Assembly (NCBI GenBank): GCA_963693365.1
Contig: CAVNZM010000009.1
Span: 3,784,231 to 3,848,230, forward strand
Source: Amoebidium appalachense
Lineage: Eukaryota > Protista > Ichthyosporea
Length of the DNA stretch: 64,000 nt
Direction of reading: 5' to 3'
Position numbers and translations under genes: made by a program. Below the pieces are notes generated by a model, which ran no database searches, was not told where the DNA came from, and worked only from the letters and a program-made list of their open reading frames with translations. The number at the start of each line of letters is the position of its first letter. Within the stretch, counting starts at the first letter, position 1. Below, in pieces: positions 24,007 to 34,996 of the stretch.

Positions 24007-26425
24007 ATGGACCGAGCACAGTTTGCATGCTTATTGCGCCTGTACGCCCCAGGCACTATTGGAGTCAGAGTTGGTGAAGATCGATATTTTGAGGCAGCGT
24101 TAGTGACGAGGGGAGATGATGTGTTTTTGGATGTGACTATAGATAAATCGTGCGCGTTGGGCGAGTGCACAGAAGACCACAACCACGTTTGTGTACCTTC
24201 TACAAAAACAGGACCAAATACGCCGTTCCACCATTTCATTCACGTTGCTTCACATTCTTCATCGCGCACACAGCCAGATGAACACATCACGACACCTTCG
24301 CTTTCTGATTTCCTCCGCCTGAGAAAAACAGCCGGGATACTAAGGCATGTAGCCGATGAGTTGAAAGTCCTTTATGTTGAACCTTTAACGGCTACACGTT
24401 TGACCGGTGTGAACACGTGGGTTTATCCGTGTTCATTGGCAACATTTTTGCAACGTTTTACACCCGGAAAGACTTTCCGCCCTTCGATGACAATTCCGCC
24501 CCAGGACATAGATTGGTTGGCGATTGAAAGTTTCGAGTGGTTGCTCCCACAAGAGGAAGTGATTGATTTTCCTGTAGATTGGTTTCCCGATATCAATCTT
24601 CCACCCGCGACAGCACCGTCCTCTGCATCCCCGTTCGATCTTCCACCCCTGACAGCACCGTCCTCTGCATCCCCGGCAGCTCCCACCACGGGACCCCAAA
24701 CCACGACCGGCGGCACCAAAAACAGACCAATTCTACCCAACACTCTCGACCCTCGGCAATTCGGGTTTCAGCCACAACCAATGACACGGCCTCTGCAGGC
24801 CTCTCCACAGCCTATACCATTTGCACAGCCACGACTCTTCTCTCCTGGGGCACACACGGGGCAACACCAACCATTTTCCACGACCGGACTGTTCCATTCG
24901 CCTGCTGGGGCCCAGCAACAGAAACAGCTGCAGAGTCAGCGGCGAGGGGAGGCGCGAAATAACCGAGAGAGCGCAAGGTTGGATCGAGAAATGGAGCGAA
25001 AGAAGCGAAAGGATCGAGAGGACAACAAGAGAGAGAAGGAGCGAGAGAAGGAGCGAGAGATGGAACGAGAGAAGGAGCGAGAGATGGAGCGAGAGAAGAA
25101 GGAGCGAGAGAAGGAGCGAGAGAAGAAGGAGCGAGAGAAGGAGCGAGCGGAGGGAGCGAGTGCGAGAGAAGGAGCGAGAGAAGGAGCGAGAGATGGAACG
25201 AGAGAAGGAGCGAGAGAAGGAGCAAGCGGAGGAGCGAGTGCGAGAGAAGGAGCGAGAGATGGAACGAGAGAAGGAGCGAGAGATGGAACGAGAGAAGGAA
25301 CGAGAGAAGGAACGAGAGAAGGAACGAGAGAAGGAACGAGAGAAGGAACGAGAGAAGGAGCGAGCGGAGGAACGAGAGAAGGAACGAGAGAAGGAACGAG
25401 AGAAGGAACGAGAGAAGGAGCGAGCGGAGGAACGAGAGAAGGAGCGAGAGATGGAACGAGAGAAGGAGCGAGCGGAGAAGGAGAGAGAGGAGCAAGTGCG
25501 AGAGGAGCGAGATTTGGAACGAGATCCACAGAACGAGGGAACGGAGCGAGATGAGCGTGAAGAGAACAAGGGAGCGGAGCGAGAGTTCGAACGAGAACGA
25601 GAGACTGAGAAGGAGCGAGCGGAGGAGCAGGAGCAAGACGTTAGACGGCCCGCGCGCCTCGCACTCCCACCCTCAGCCGACCCCTTGAGCGACCTATCCG
25701 GTCTACTCGGCGGCGACTCCGTGGCCACTATGGAGGTGGTTTCCACCGTCACGCGCCTCGTCGGCATGGTTTCGGAGCGGCACCGCGCGCAGATCGTTAA
25801 GCTCGAGCAGGAAAGCGCGACGCTGAAGCAAAATTTGAAGATCGCAGTCGTGGGAGGAAAAGAGACGAGGGAAAAATTAGACAAGCTTAGCGCGGAGAAG
25901 GACGCGAAGATCGAGGAGCTCACACGTCGTAACAACGCGGACTCGACAACGATCAACGGCCTCGAAGAGAACGAAGCCGAAAATACGAAATGGAAGGAGA
26001 CCAAGGAAACGGAGCGAAAACGCCTCGAGCGGGAACTTAAAGAACTCGAGACGGAACTCGCTGGCGAGATAGGGAAGGTGGCCAAACTCACACGGGAGCT
26101 TTCAAAGACCACACACAACTATGAGACTGAACATAACAAGAACAAGAAATGGGAAGAGAAATGGGAATCCTATTATTCGAGGATTGCCGAACTGGTCAAG
26201 GAAAAAGAAGACCTGGAAAAAGACATAGAATCTCGCGTCGAGGCCGGGGTCGGCGCCCGGTTGAAGGGTTTAATGGAAGTGTTCGAGTCGCAATCCGCCC
26301 AGAAAAGGCGGAGGTCGGAGGCGGACGATGGCGACGGGCGGGACGAAGAAACACCTCGCAGACGCCATCGCGCCGACGGCCCCGGCAACGACGAGCCCCC
26401 CTCCAACGCGGCCGCGGCCTTGTAG
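24007..26425 (+). CDS. Large protein with globular N-terminus, Pro/Gln linker, (REKE)n charged repeat and C-terminal coiled coil; one frameshift near 25145
   Basis: ORF 24007-25554 reads REKE repeats up to ~25145 and ORF 24821-26425 reads them afterwards; GAGCGAGCGGAGGGAGCG at 25141 differs by one base from sibling repeats. Confidence 0.7.
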
Positions 26426-26427
26426 AC

Positions 26428-26694
26428 TTACACACGGGAAATGTTGTAGTGTAGGGGGTACTCGTAGCTTGTGATGTCCCACCCGTTTTTGGTTGTCATG
26501 GTCGGTATGCCGGTCACATAGTCAAGTACACGATAGGATGGTTCCCATATGCGTTTTAGATGTTTCTTTTGGACTTTGTACTTTTTTCGTGCGTTTCGGA
26601 GCTTTCGGCGGTAGATCCGTTTGTCTCTTCTACAGTACCTTCCCTTGACATACTTGGGCTTCATTGTATAATATATTAACCATAAAGCAGTCAT
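26428..26694 (-). CDS. Small basic hypothetical protein, 88 aa
   Basis: ATG 26694; Arg/Lys-rich core; stop abuts the stop of the convergent gene. Confidence 0.45.
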   Translation of the reverse strand: MTALWLIYYTMKPKYVKGRYCRRDKRIYRRKLRNARKKYKVQKKHLKRIWEPSYRVLDYVTGIPTMTTKNGWDITSYEYPLHYNISRV

Positions 26695-26923
26695 GGTGTC
26701 ACTGGATCCGTTTTCACCCACCATACAGGCACCTGGCCACCCGGACCAGCACACTTGCACAAAAAAACAAAATTTCAAATTGATAAAGCGGTACCTGTTG
26801 ATGCTCTATCTTACCGTACACCCCTTTGTCGTATATATACTGCCGATGCCGCTACTGCGACTGATGGCCGGGGCTGGGGTGTAGTCGGTGGACTGTGTCC
26901 ATCTACACACATCGCCGTGCAAG

Positions 26924-27280
26924 TTATATAAAATCGGGAATGTGACAAATCGCTGTGTCTTGGTCCTCTCTCTCACATCCCTGCAGCTCGTGATCTGCAC
27001 GTATGTCTAACACTTTGGCCTGGAAACTCATTAATGTCTTGCTGCCCTCGCAGTACTGTATTTCGACGCCCCCAGCCGCTGGTGTCGCGGGCGGCGAGTG
27101 TGGGGCGGGGGCGGCCGGGCCCGGGGTGGACGCGGCGAGCGCGGGCACGCCGGCGCCGGCGGTGGCGGGCTGCTCCTGGACGGCCAGGACGGCCCTGATG
27201 CCGGCGAGCAGTATGTTGGCCTGGGCGTAGTCCCGGGCCTTGCAGGCGTGGTAGATGTTGATGGTGCCGTCGCTGACCAT
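26924..27280 (-). CDS. Hypothetical protein, 118 aa; weak KilA-N-like start
   Basis: GC-rich coding-like ORF downstream of the 32 bp CCAAT array; SDGTINIYHACKA loosely resembles the KilA-N motif DGYINATKLCK. Confidence 0.4.
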   Translation of the reverse strand: MVSDGTINIYHACKARDYAQANILLAGIRAVLAVQEQPATAGAGVPALAASTPGPAAPAPHSPPATPAAGGVEIQYCEGSKTLMSFQAKVLDIRADHELQGCEREDQDTAICHIPDFI

Positions 27281-27607
27281 GGCTAGACGACGGAAGACAC
27301 ACACCGAGCGCCAACGGCACAGACGCCCAGGTCCAAAACAAAAGCGAAAAAAGCGCCATAAAAAAGCGAGACACAGACAGAGACCAAGAAGAGACACACA
27401 AAACGGACAACGGTACAGGACGGCATGGAGGACCAGATATTATATTTGGTACCCACACAAAGTAACAGACACACACAGACAGGCACGGTCATTTTCGACG
27501 AACACACAACCGATCTTAAAACCAAACGAACCCCAGAAAAGGTGTGGTTTCAATGTGGGGCCCGGTGAGGTAGGTGTTCCTTGTGCAAACATCCACGACG
27601 TAGAAGA

Positions 27608-27920
27608 TCCCGAATTTTGAGTCGCCGTTTTGAATGATTGGGCGTAAGGTGAGCCGCCGTTGATTGGGCGTAAGATGAGACACGCCTAATTTTGAGTCGC
27701 CGTTTTGAATGATTGGGCGTAAGGTGAGTCGCCGTTTTGAATGATTGGGCGTAAGGTGAGTCGCCGTTTTGAATGATTGGGCGCAAGGTGAGTCGCCGTT
27801 TTGAATGATTGGGCGTAAGGTGAGCCGCCGTTGATTGGGCGTAAGATGAGACACGCCTACTTTTGAGTCGCCGTTCTGAATCATCCCGAATTTTGAGTCG
27901 CCGTTGTTGATTGGGCGCAA
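27608..27920. repeat. Array of ~32 bp units GAGTCGCCGTTTTGAATGATTGGGCGTAAGGT with variants
   Basis: Visible directly; most units carry GATTGG (CCAAT on the minus strand); lies between divergent ORFs. Confidence 0.9.
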
Positions 27921-28208
27921 ATCATTATCAAATTTGATGCGAATTGAAGATGTAAACACTACAATCCAATTCGTCGTTTTTTTTTCATTGGTTCCTGATA
28001 AAGTGGGCTCATACCACACACTAGGAATTCATGCGGATGGAGAGCAGCGATTGGTTACATCAGCACACATAACGCCATCATACACCAATCGTTTGCATTT
28101 GCTTATACGCATCTGAATCAAATGGTATAAAGAGGAACGACGCATACCCAATGCTTCATTATTCATCCATTCGACTACCAGAATACGTTTCTAGTTTTGC
28201 GAATCACG

Positions 28209-28757
28209 ATGTCGAACTCCGGTTTCCGGAGTTTCTATGGTCTGCCCGCCACGCTTCCTGCGGAGCACAGAACAAGCTACATCAAGTGTATCACAGACGA
28301 AGTAAAGTCTTATTATGGGTCGTTCGACGACAACCCGGACTTGGTTGTCGTGTCGTCGGCCATCGACGGGGCGGATGTCGATATGCTGAATAGCCATGCC
28401 GCTTTCTGCAAGGAGTGTGTCCAAGCCCTGATATCAGAGGTAGACTTCAGTCTACTGCGTCCAATGCGACACGTCCTGATGAGATTTTTATTGCGGAAGG
28501 AGGACGCCTCGCTTGTGTCACAACTCGCCCGACTTGTCTCGGTTGTCTCCGTGGTGGGTCTTATCACGGTTCCATACATGCAAGACGCCAATCACGCCAT
28601 CTTCCAAATCGCCGACAAGTGTTGTACTTTGAATACCCCGAAGGTGCGCACAATCGCGGAATTGGCGAGACTCCCTCACGACGAACCCACACACGAGACA
28701 AAAAAACACACCGCTAACACTCCGACCACCCCACATCCCACTACCATCACCGCTTGA
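28209..28757 (+). CDS. Hypothetical protein, 182 aa
   Basis: ATG 28209 with TATAAAG at ~28126 and CCAAT boxes upstream. Confidence 0.65.
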   Translation: MSNSGFRSFYGLPATLPAEHRTSYIKCITDEVKSYYGSFDDNPDLVVVSSAIDGADVDMLNSHAAFCKECVQALISEVDFSLLRPMRHVLMRFLLRKEDASLVSQLARLVSVVSVVGLITVPYMQDANHAIFQIADKCCTLNTPKVRTIAELARLPHDEPTHETKKHTANTPTTPHPTTITA

Positions 28758-29343
28758 CAGAGATCAAGGCACAGCCCACATACGTCTGGTGAACGCAATC
28801 GACGAGTTTGGAGGTCACCCACTTCATCTGCATATAGCATTCCCGCCGCCCTTTACAGACGCTCACATGGCGGGGGACGTGGATTGCACCCCATCGCCCC
28901 GAATTGGCCGTATCACCAGCACCCCTTATTGCACTTGGAGTGCCTAGTTGGATGTCACTCGTATGAGAAAGCGGAAGTAGTAGTCTTCCCCTTGGGGAAC
29001 ATTGTTTTGGGTTTTGATGTTAGATTTCTTTCCGGGTTTGACTGTGTAGGTTTCGCCGGTTGTTTTGCGCGTCCGACATGGCTCGGACTTGGCATATTCA
29101 AGGTTGGACGATTGGAGTAGGTACATGGGTATGTCTTGACCGTATGATTGGGGGTTCTTTGCCATCGCCCGCATCTCGCGTGGCAACAATTCAATAAAGC
29201 TTGCTGGGCAAGGCATCTGCGGCGGCCACAACATGGCTGCATGTCCGTGAACAGAGTATACCCAGAGCGATCCACATGCGTGTACGCACACCCCCTGCTT
29301 GTGGCACAATAAAATGCCCAGGTCTTGTTAGCCCCCACACGAT

Positions 29344-29940
29344 ATGCACATCCTTCATTCAGGTCGATACGTTAGCAAGCAACTGGCTCTGCTGAGCGAA
29401 CCAACTGATTGGCCGCCCGATCTGGCAGACACCCAACAGACTGGCATGGCACTGCCATGGCAGAGGGATGACCCATACGTGTGCACCCGCGTTGGGGATC
29501 TGCGTATGTATTGGAAGGCTTTGCCGGATCACAACGTCGTCACGTTCACCGACGACAGGGCCGATGCCTCAGAATTTGTCTTCATACATTCACAGACCGG
29601 AGCCACGACCGCCGCGAAACACACACTACCGAGGCCAAGCCTCACTAACGTAAGAATCAACACGCGTACACCTAACCACACAAATTGGTCACCCGCTTCG
29701 CTACCCACTGCCCGTATCGAACTGGGAGTGGCCGCTTCGCTTGGCTTGGGCGGTTTACCAATCATCCCGATGCCCTCGTGGTTTGTCTACACGGACGACC
29801 TCGGCGTCCAATATGGATTTCGGGGTGTCAATGTTGCGATATGCATCGCGCGGTTCTGGCGCTTCAGGCTCTGTCTTGACATGTTCCCGTTCCCTGCCAT
29901 AACGTTGTTTCTTGCCGTCTTGGACCTCCGCGGCGCCTAG
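29344..29940 (+). CDS. Hypothetical protein, 198 aa
   Basis: ATG-initiated ORF at the head of a tightly packed plus-strand gene run. Confidence 0.5.
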   Translation: MHILHSGRYVSKQLALLSEPTDWPPDLADTQQTGMALPWQRDDPYVCTRVGDLRMYWKALPDHNVVTFTDDRADASEFVFIHSQTGATTAAKHTLPRPSLTNVRINTRTPNHTNWSPASLPTARIELGVAASLGLGGLPIIPMPSWFVYTDDLGVQYGFRGVNVAICIARFWRFRLCLDMFPFPAITLFLAVLDLRGA

Positions 29941-29948
29941 AATTTTAT

Positions 29949-30318
29949 ATGCTACAAGTAATGCTCAACAACCTCTACGCCGTCTTCGCCCTTGCCGTCG
30001 GGTCGTTCGCTGCCCCACAGTGCATATACCAAAGCACCGGCCCCGCGTCCAGTCTCGCAGCCACCGAGGCCGTCGCTGAAACCGCACCTGCGGTCTGGCC
30101 CCCCCGGCATCCCCGCGCCGACAGACGATGAGGTCCCACTCGACTTCCCCGCCAGTGGCTCCGGGTCACAGATTTCCTCCGATGATGACGTCACCCCGTC
30201 CCCAGCCACCCCCACCACTACCCCCGAGACTTGGGTGTGGACACCCAGCATGACTCCCGCACCTTCTGCCCCGGGACCCAAGGCCCGTTGGCAGTGCAAC
30301 TGCACAGTCATGGACTGA
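29949..30318 (+). CDS. Putative small secreted Pro/Thr/Ser-rich protein; frameshift at the C-run near 30100
   Basis: Signal-peptide-like MLNNLYAVFALAVGSFA in ORF 29949-30131 can continue into the mucin-like ORF ending WQCNCTVMD at 30318. Confidence 0.45.
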
Positions 30319-30343
30319 GCTTTTATGCTCACCCACCTGTAGG

Positions 30344-31702
30344 ATGTCGAAGGCGCGCTCCCGTATTCTCGACGACATGGCTTCACACATCGACTTCTCC
30401 GCCGCCATGGCACGACGGGCCTTTCCCCACGGACCCGCACTTCCAACCCCGTCCCGCACATCAGTGGTAGGCGATGCCTCCGCCCGGAGCTCACCCGCCC
30501 CGACCCAAGCGTCCCAGGCTCCCTGGCGATACCACTTTGTCAGCGGCGACACACATGGTGGCCCGCTGAAGATAGAGTTCTCCGCTCCCCGCTCGGTCCA
30601 CGGTGTTCGCGTCGAGGGCGCACGGGTGCATTCCGTGTACGACGTGTCAGAGGGCTCCAACAGATTGGTGCTGGGGCTGTCGTTCCTCGACTCGCCAGAT
30701 GGCCGCCACCCGGGCTCGTGGACACGTTCGACTGCAGACATCTACCTGCCGGTCGGGCACTATACAATCGGCGCCCTGTGCGCTGAATTGGAGGCCCGTC
30801 TAGATCAGGCCATCGCCGATTGCTACAAGCCCTCGTATAACATCGATGACATCGCAGACCTCCTCGACGTGTTCCCGGATGCAGTCCCGTACTACGCAAA
30901 GGTCACACACACGGCCGTCATCAAGGCCGCCGCCGAGCGCAATGGCGAGGCATGGACCCGCCAAGAAGACTTCCTCGCAAAGGACAGGTGGGCGCCGCGC
31001 ACTTCGGGCCCCGCCGATCACCTGGCCCACGAGGTGCTGCAGCTGGCGCAGATACACAATCGGGAGAACCCTTGGGCATGGCGAGAGCTGGCAAACGAGC
31101 GTGACCCCCACAACCGCTTCAAGTGGCCGTTCCACCACACGCTCTACTCGTTTATGTCCCCGTCGCAGCTGGCGATTCCCGATCGCCTGGTCATCAGCAT
31201 CCACCACCACAAGACACTCACACCCGACGTCGTCAAGCACTGGGCCCCATATGCAACTGTCCCTACGTTCACCCTCGATGTCCCACGCGGCCTTGCGCGC
31301 GTCCTGGGTTTCGAGGTCGGCGGCCACGTCAGTCACAGCCTCACCAGCGGGTTGCCCCCGCTTGCAAGGTACTTCGACGGCCGCGACCACGCCCCCGTGG
31401 CCGAAGGCGACCAACAGCTTCCCTGCGCCGCAGACAACATCCAGTGCATCGTCGGGTCCACGCCTCCCCTGGCGCCTCGGGGCGCGCTGCTGGTCACGGT
31501 CATGCACGGCGAGACAAGCCTGCAGGGCCGCATCGTGTCCGCGGGTGTCCACGGCGCCGCCTGCGGCATCAGCGAAGACCTACAGGCGTCGCCGCAGCTC
31601 GCCACGTCGCTCGAGCACGTCGAGGGGCTGCGCGTGGCCGTCGTGGATGAGATGGGGTACAGGGTCGGCGGTCGCTTCACCGTCCTAGTTGGGATCAAAT
31701 AG
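30344..31702 (+). CDS. Putative minor capsid (penton, single jelly-roll) protein, 452 aa
   Basis: FVSGD...IEF..PRSV.GVRV....V.SVYDVSEGSNRL...IYLPVGHYTIGALCAELEARL and later LARVLGF follow the YNI...NN...I.IP.GNY.I..L...L and LGF pattern of Polinton/PLV/virophage/NCLDV pentons. Recognised by eye. Confidence 0.65.
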   Translation: MSKARSRILDDMASHIDFSAAMARRAFPHGPALPTPSRTSVVGDASARSSPAPTQASQAPWRYHFVSGDTHGGPLKIEFSAPRSVHGVRVEGARVHSVYDVSEGSNRLVLGLSFLDSPDGRHPGSWTRSTADIYLPVGHYTIGALCAELEARLDQAIADCYKPSYNIDDIADLLDVFPDAVPYYAKVTHTAVIKAAAERNGEAWTRQEDFLAKDRWAPRTSGPADHLAHEVLQLAQIHNRENPWAWRELANERDPHNRFKWPFHHTLYSFMSPSQLAIPDRLVISIHHHKTLTPDVVKHWAPYATVPTFTLDVPRGLARVLGFEVGGHVSHSLTSGLPPLARYFDGRDHAPVAEGDQQLPCAADNIQCIVGSTPPLAPRGALLVTVMHGETSLQGRIVSAGVHGAACGISEDLQASPQLATSLEHVEGLRVAVVDEMGYRVGGRFTVLVGIK

Positions 31703-31748
31703 CCGCTCGCGGTCTTGGGGTTGGACGTAATGCTGGTGTCTCACAGTG

Positions 31749-32156
31749 ATGTATCTGGTACTGGTTGTGTGTGTCCTATGCGCGCTGACGTTTGCTGCAA
31801 TCGCGGCTCGGCACCAGGCGGCGTCGGTGTGGCGGTCGGTGCGTGCGGTCATGGAAGGTCGTCCACTGCCCGACCCTGGACCCTACGCGGGCTGCGACGC
31901 AATCGCGTGCGGACAGGCGCTGTACGACAAGTACCTCGCCGAGGGCTTCGACGCTGACAGCGAGACCGTTCCGCAGTGCCGCAGCTGTCCCCGGGTCCAC
32001 ATATCGAAGAACAACGGGCTCCGCTACTGGGACGTCAACAAGGGCGAGTGGTTCTCACAGACGCTTCCATATCAGGCCTTCGCCGCGAACTTGCGTGGCA
32101 GGTGCGCCTGGACTGCCCGCGTGGCATCCGCGCTGCGCCGCGAGCCGCTCAAATAA
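31749..32156 (+). CDS. Small Cys-containing protein with an N-terminal membrane anchor, 135 aa
   Basis: Hydrophobic N-terminus YLVLVVCVLCALTFAAI; C-x4-C and C-x2-C pairs; stop overlaps AATAAA. Confidence 0.65.
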   Translation: MYLVLVVCVLCALTFAAIAARHQAASVWRSVRAVMEGRPLPDPGPYAGCDAIACGQALYDKYLAEGFDADSETVPQCRSCPRVHISKNNGLRYWDVNKGEWFSQTLPYQAFAANLRGRCAWTARVASALRREPLK

Positions 32157-32187
32157 AGCTTGCCAAACAGGACTGTGTGCGATTTTC

Positions 32188-33156
32188 ATGTGGGTCTACC
32201 AAATGGACTTGCCCCCGTCACAGGTTTTCCCCCGCCGCCCCAGCGTGTCTACGTGGGTGTGGTGCCTGTGTGCCCTGTTCGTCCTCCTCGTCGTGTACGA
32301 CGTCAACCGGCCCCGCTTTTACCGCTACATCACCACCCTCAAGTGCAGGCGCCCCTGCGGCATATGCAACAGCTGTCCGGTCTGCCCCCCCGAAAAGAAG
32401 TGCCCGGATTGCCCCACCTGTCCGACGTGCCCCACCCTGGCCCCCACAAAGTGCCCCACGTGCCCGACCTGCCCGACCTGCCCCCCCAAGGAGAAGTGCC
32501 CCGACTGTCCCACCTGCCCCAACGCCCCCACCGCTGTCGTGAAGAAGGAGGAGCCACCAGCCAGTAGCATGGTGGGAAGCGGCAAAAAGATCGTGGGGTC
32601 CAGCACATCCCTTGAGGCGATCGTGTCGCCCGACGGTCGGTACAAACTGGTGCAGGAGAGAGATGGGAACACCATAGTCGCCGAACGCGGCAGCAACAAG
32701 GTCCTCTGGGCACACAACAAGACCAACAACGGTACCGCGCCCTACTCTCTCGTCATGCAGGAGGACAACAATCTGGTGGTGTACGACGCAAAGGGTGCGG
32801 TCATATGGGCGTCGAACACCTACCGCAAGGGGAAGCTGGGCACGGCGATCCTGACAATCGAGAACGACGGTGTCGCCTACGTGCGCGACGCCGACGGAAC
32901 CGTGCTCTGGCAGTCGGGTCTGCCGGTGTCCGGACCCAATTGGGTGCAGCGATTGGATGTCGGGCACGCCGGAAGCGATATTCGGTCGATGAAGGGGTCG
33001 GTGGACGAAGTGAAGACCGCGTGCGTCACAGAACCGAAATGCAAGTCTTTCTACTACTCGACCAAGGATAATGTTGGATGGCTCAAGACGGTCGGCGCAG
33101 CGGACTCAAACTTAGCTTCGTATCCGGGCAACAGCACATGGTTCCTCATGCGTTAG
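32188..33156 (+). CDS. Membrane-anchored protein with a CPxCP stalk, bulb-type (GNA-like) lectin domain and PAN/apple-like tail
   Basis: TM segment WVWCLCALFVLLVVY; repeated CPTCP/CPDCP; lectin motifs LVQERDGN, VLWA, LVMQEDNNLVVY, IWASNT; tail AC....CKSF.Y.....GWLK. Confidence 0.85.
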   Translation: MWVYQMDLPPSQVFPRRPSVSTWVWCLCALFVLLVVYDVNRPRFYRYITTLKCRRPCGICNSCPVCPPEKKCPDCPTCPTCPTLAPTKCPTCPTCPTCPPKEKCPDCPTCPNAPTAVVKKEEPPASSMVGSGKKIVGSSTSLEAIVSPDGRYKLVQERDGNTIVAERGSNKVLWAHNKTNNGTAPYSLVMQEDNNLVVYDAKGAVIWASNTYRKGKLGTAILTIENDGVAYVRDADGTVLWQSGLPVSGPNWVQRLDVGHAGSDIRSMKGSVDEVKTACVTEPKCKSFYYSTKDNVGWLKTVGAADSNLASYPGNSTWFLMR

Positions 33157-33410
33157 TTTGGATTGTATTGGACGCTCTGAGAACGTACGTACGTGCACCG
33201 TGCTCTGGAAGTCCGCACGATCTTCGGGCTCGGGTATGATGACGTAACGACACCTCCCGATTGGGTTTGTGCTCGTGGACGTCCTTGATTGGATGGGCGC
33301 TCTTGGGCGGAAATCGCCATTGGGCGATGACGTCATCGTATCCCAAGCGGCAACGGCCATTAAAATGGCTCCAAGAATCGCACCGGGCAAACACGGGAAC
33401 CGACACAAGA

Positions 33411-34361
33411 ATGGCGCTTATCACCGAGGCACCGTACTTTCTGCTCAAGGAGGAGGTCGACAACCCAGACCTCGAAGCCAACATCAGGGCGCACCTGTTC
33501 CACCCCACCGTCAAGATCGACTTCTCGACCAGGAGCGCCATGGAGGTGATCACCCTGGACATCGTAGCCCTCTTCTCACGCGATCTGAACCAGTCCATCA
33601 CCGTCAAGCTGCCCCCCGGCCTCCGCCACCTGTGCATAACGAGCGCATGGGACGACCAGTCGGAGAAGGGCGACCGTCTGATCCAACTCAACAGGTCAGA
33701 GCTCTTCGAGGCCGACGCCGCACTGCACCTCGTGGGCTTCGACGCCTGCACGGCGCTCGAGACCGTCGATGTCACCTTCTACGGTGACCTGTTCATCGAG
33801 GGCGTCATCGCGAACGCCTCTGCCGTCCAGTTGTCTGCGTGCTTCGTCCGCGGTCGCATCTCAAACTGCAAGACCGTGCGCATCACACACGTCGACACCG
33901 ACCTGCCCAGCGACGACGAGGACACCTACACCGACCCCGCGCCCCCCGTGCTCTTCATCCGCGCAGTCCAGCGCCTGACCATGACGAACCACTTCACCCC
34001 GTGGCGCGCCTACGACATGGAGACCCTGGTCGCTGTCCGCGCAGTATGGACTGCGTCGTTCATGCGCGCTATCCGCACCCTGTGCAGGCTGCGCCACCTG
34101 TGCATCGTCTGGATCGTTGCAAGTCCTTACCACCCGCGCGTCCGCGGCATGTGCCTTCCCGAACACCCCTCCTTACTAGTCATGGAGGGCTTTGCAAGCG
34201 TCTCCTTGGACACGGAGTGCGCGCCTCGTCCGCGCCTCATCACCCCCATCACGTCCGATACCGTCGTCGTCGAGCTCGCCGGCGAGAAGTGGAGGGTCGG
34301 TGAAACGGCCCAGTTCTACGAGGTCGCACACGGCCTGTTTGCACGCGCGCCGCAGGCTTGA
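33411..34361 (+). CDS. Hypothetical protein with degenerate LRR-like repeats, 316 aa
   Basis: LPPGLRHLCI, ALETVDV, VQRLTM, RLRHLCI; GC-rich third positions; CCAAT boxes upstream and AATAAA downstream. Confidence 0.65.
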   Translation: MALITEAPYFLLKEEVDNPDLEANIRAHLFHPTVKIDFSTRSAMEVITLDIVALFSRDLNQSITVKLPPGLRHLCITSAWDDQSEKGDRLIQLNRSELFEADAALHLVGFDACTALETVDVTFYGDLFIEGVIANASAVQLSACFVRGRISNCKTVRITHVDTDLPSDDEDTYTDPAPPVLFIRAVQRLTMTNHFTPWRAYDMETLVAVRAVWTASFMRAIRTLCRLRHLCIVWIVASPYHPRVRGMCLPEHPSLLVMEGFASVSLDTECAPRPRLITPITSDTVVVELAGEKWRVGETAQFYEVAHGLFARAPQA

Positions 34362-34476
34362 CCACACACGCACACACACCATGTACATTTAACTACACAC
34401 ACGCGGGGCTGGCCCCCGCCTTCACAACACACAAACTCAATAAACGTCTGTTTGTATTTTTATTGGTGCCACACGT

Positions 34477-34767
34477 ATGGCGTATCGCTGGGAATACAAG
34501 CTCAAGGAGGAGCCAGGCAAGGCCCCCGTCATCCAGGCCACGGTTGTCCCCACAGAGGAAACGCAACGCCACACCGAGCGCGAGAAGCAGCGCTACGCCA
34601 GGGAGCTCGCGGACAAGGGCTACATCGACCTGCCCGACGAGCTCGCGCGGAAGTGCGGGTTCAAGCACTGGGTGCCCAAGAACCAGGCCATGACCGCGAT
34701 TGTCATGCAAAGGATGTTAGAACCCGATGACGAGCCGGAGCCGCCCATGGAAAATAAAGAGAAATAG
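34477..34767 (+). CDS. Hypothetical protein, 96 aa
   Basis: ATG-initiated ORF with the same codon bias as its neighbours. Confidence 0.6.
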   Translation: MAYRWEYKLKEEPGKAPVIQATVVPTEETQRHTEREKQRYARELADKGYIDLPDELARKCGFKHWVPKNQAMTAIVMQRMLEPDDEPEPPMENKEK

Positions 34768-34996
34768 GCAGCGCGACAGATCAGGGGGGATGTTGTGGCT
34801 TTGATTGGTGCAAGGTCTTTGGATGTGACTTCTGATTTCCGATTGGTGGATCTTGTGTTTGCTCTTTAATTGGTTCTTGATTGGTTGACGGGTGATCTGA
34901 TTGGCTTGATGCTTGCGCGACATCCGGTATAAAAGCTTACCACACAAGAACAGGCCACCAGTTCGCATTTCCAATTTCACATGAACATTCTGTGTT

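Noticed and set aside
24733-26118. Long minus-strand Ser/Arg and Leu-rich ORFs
   Set aside because: Antisense shadows of the purine-rich REKE repeat gene.
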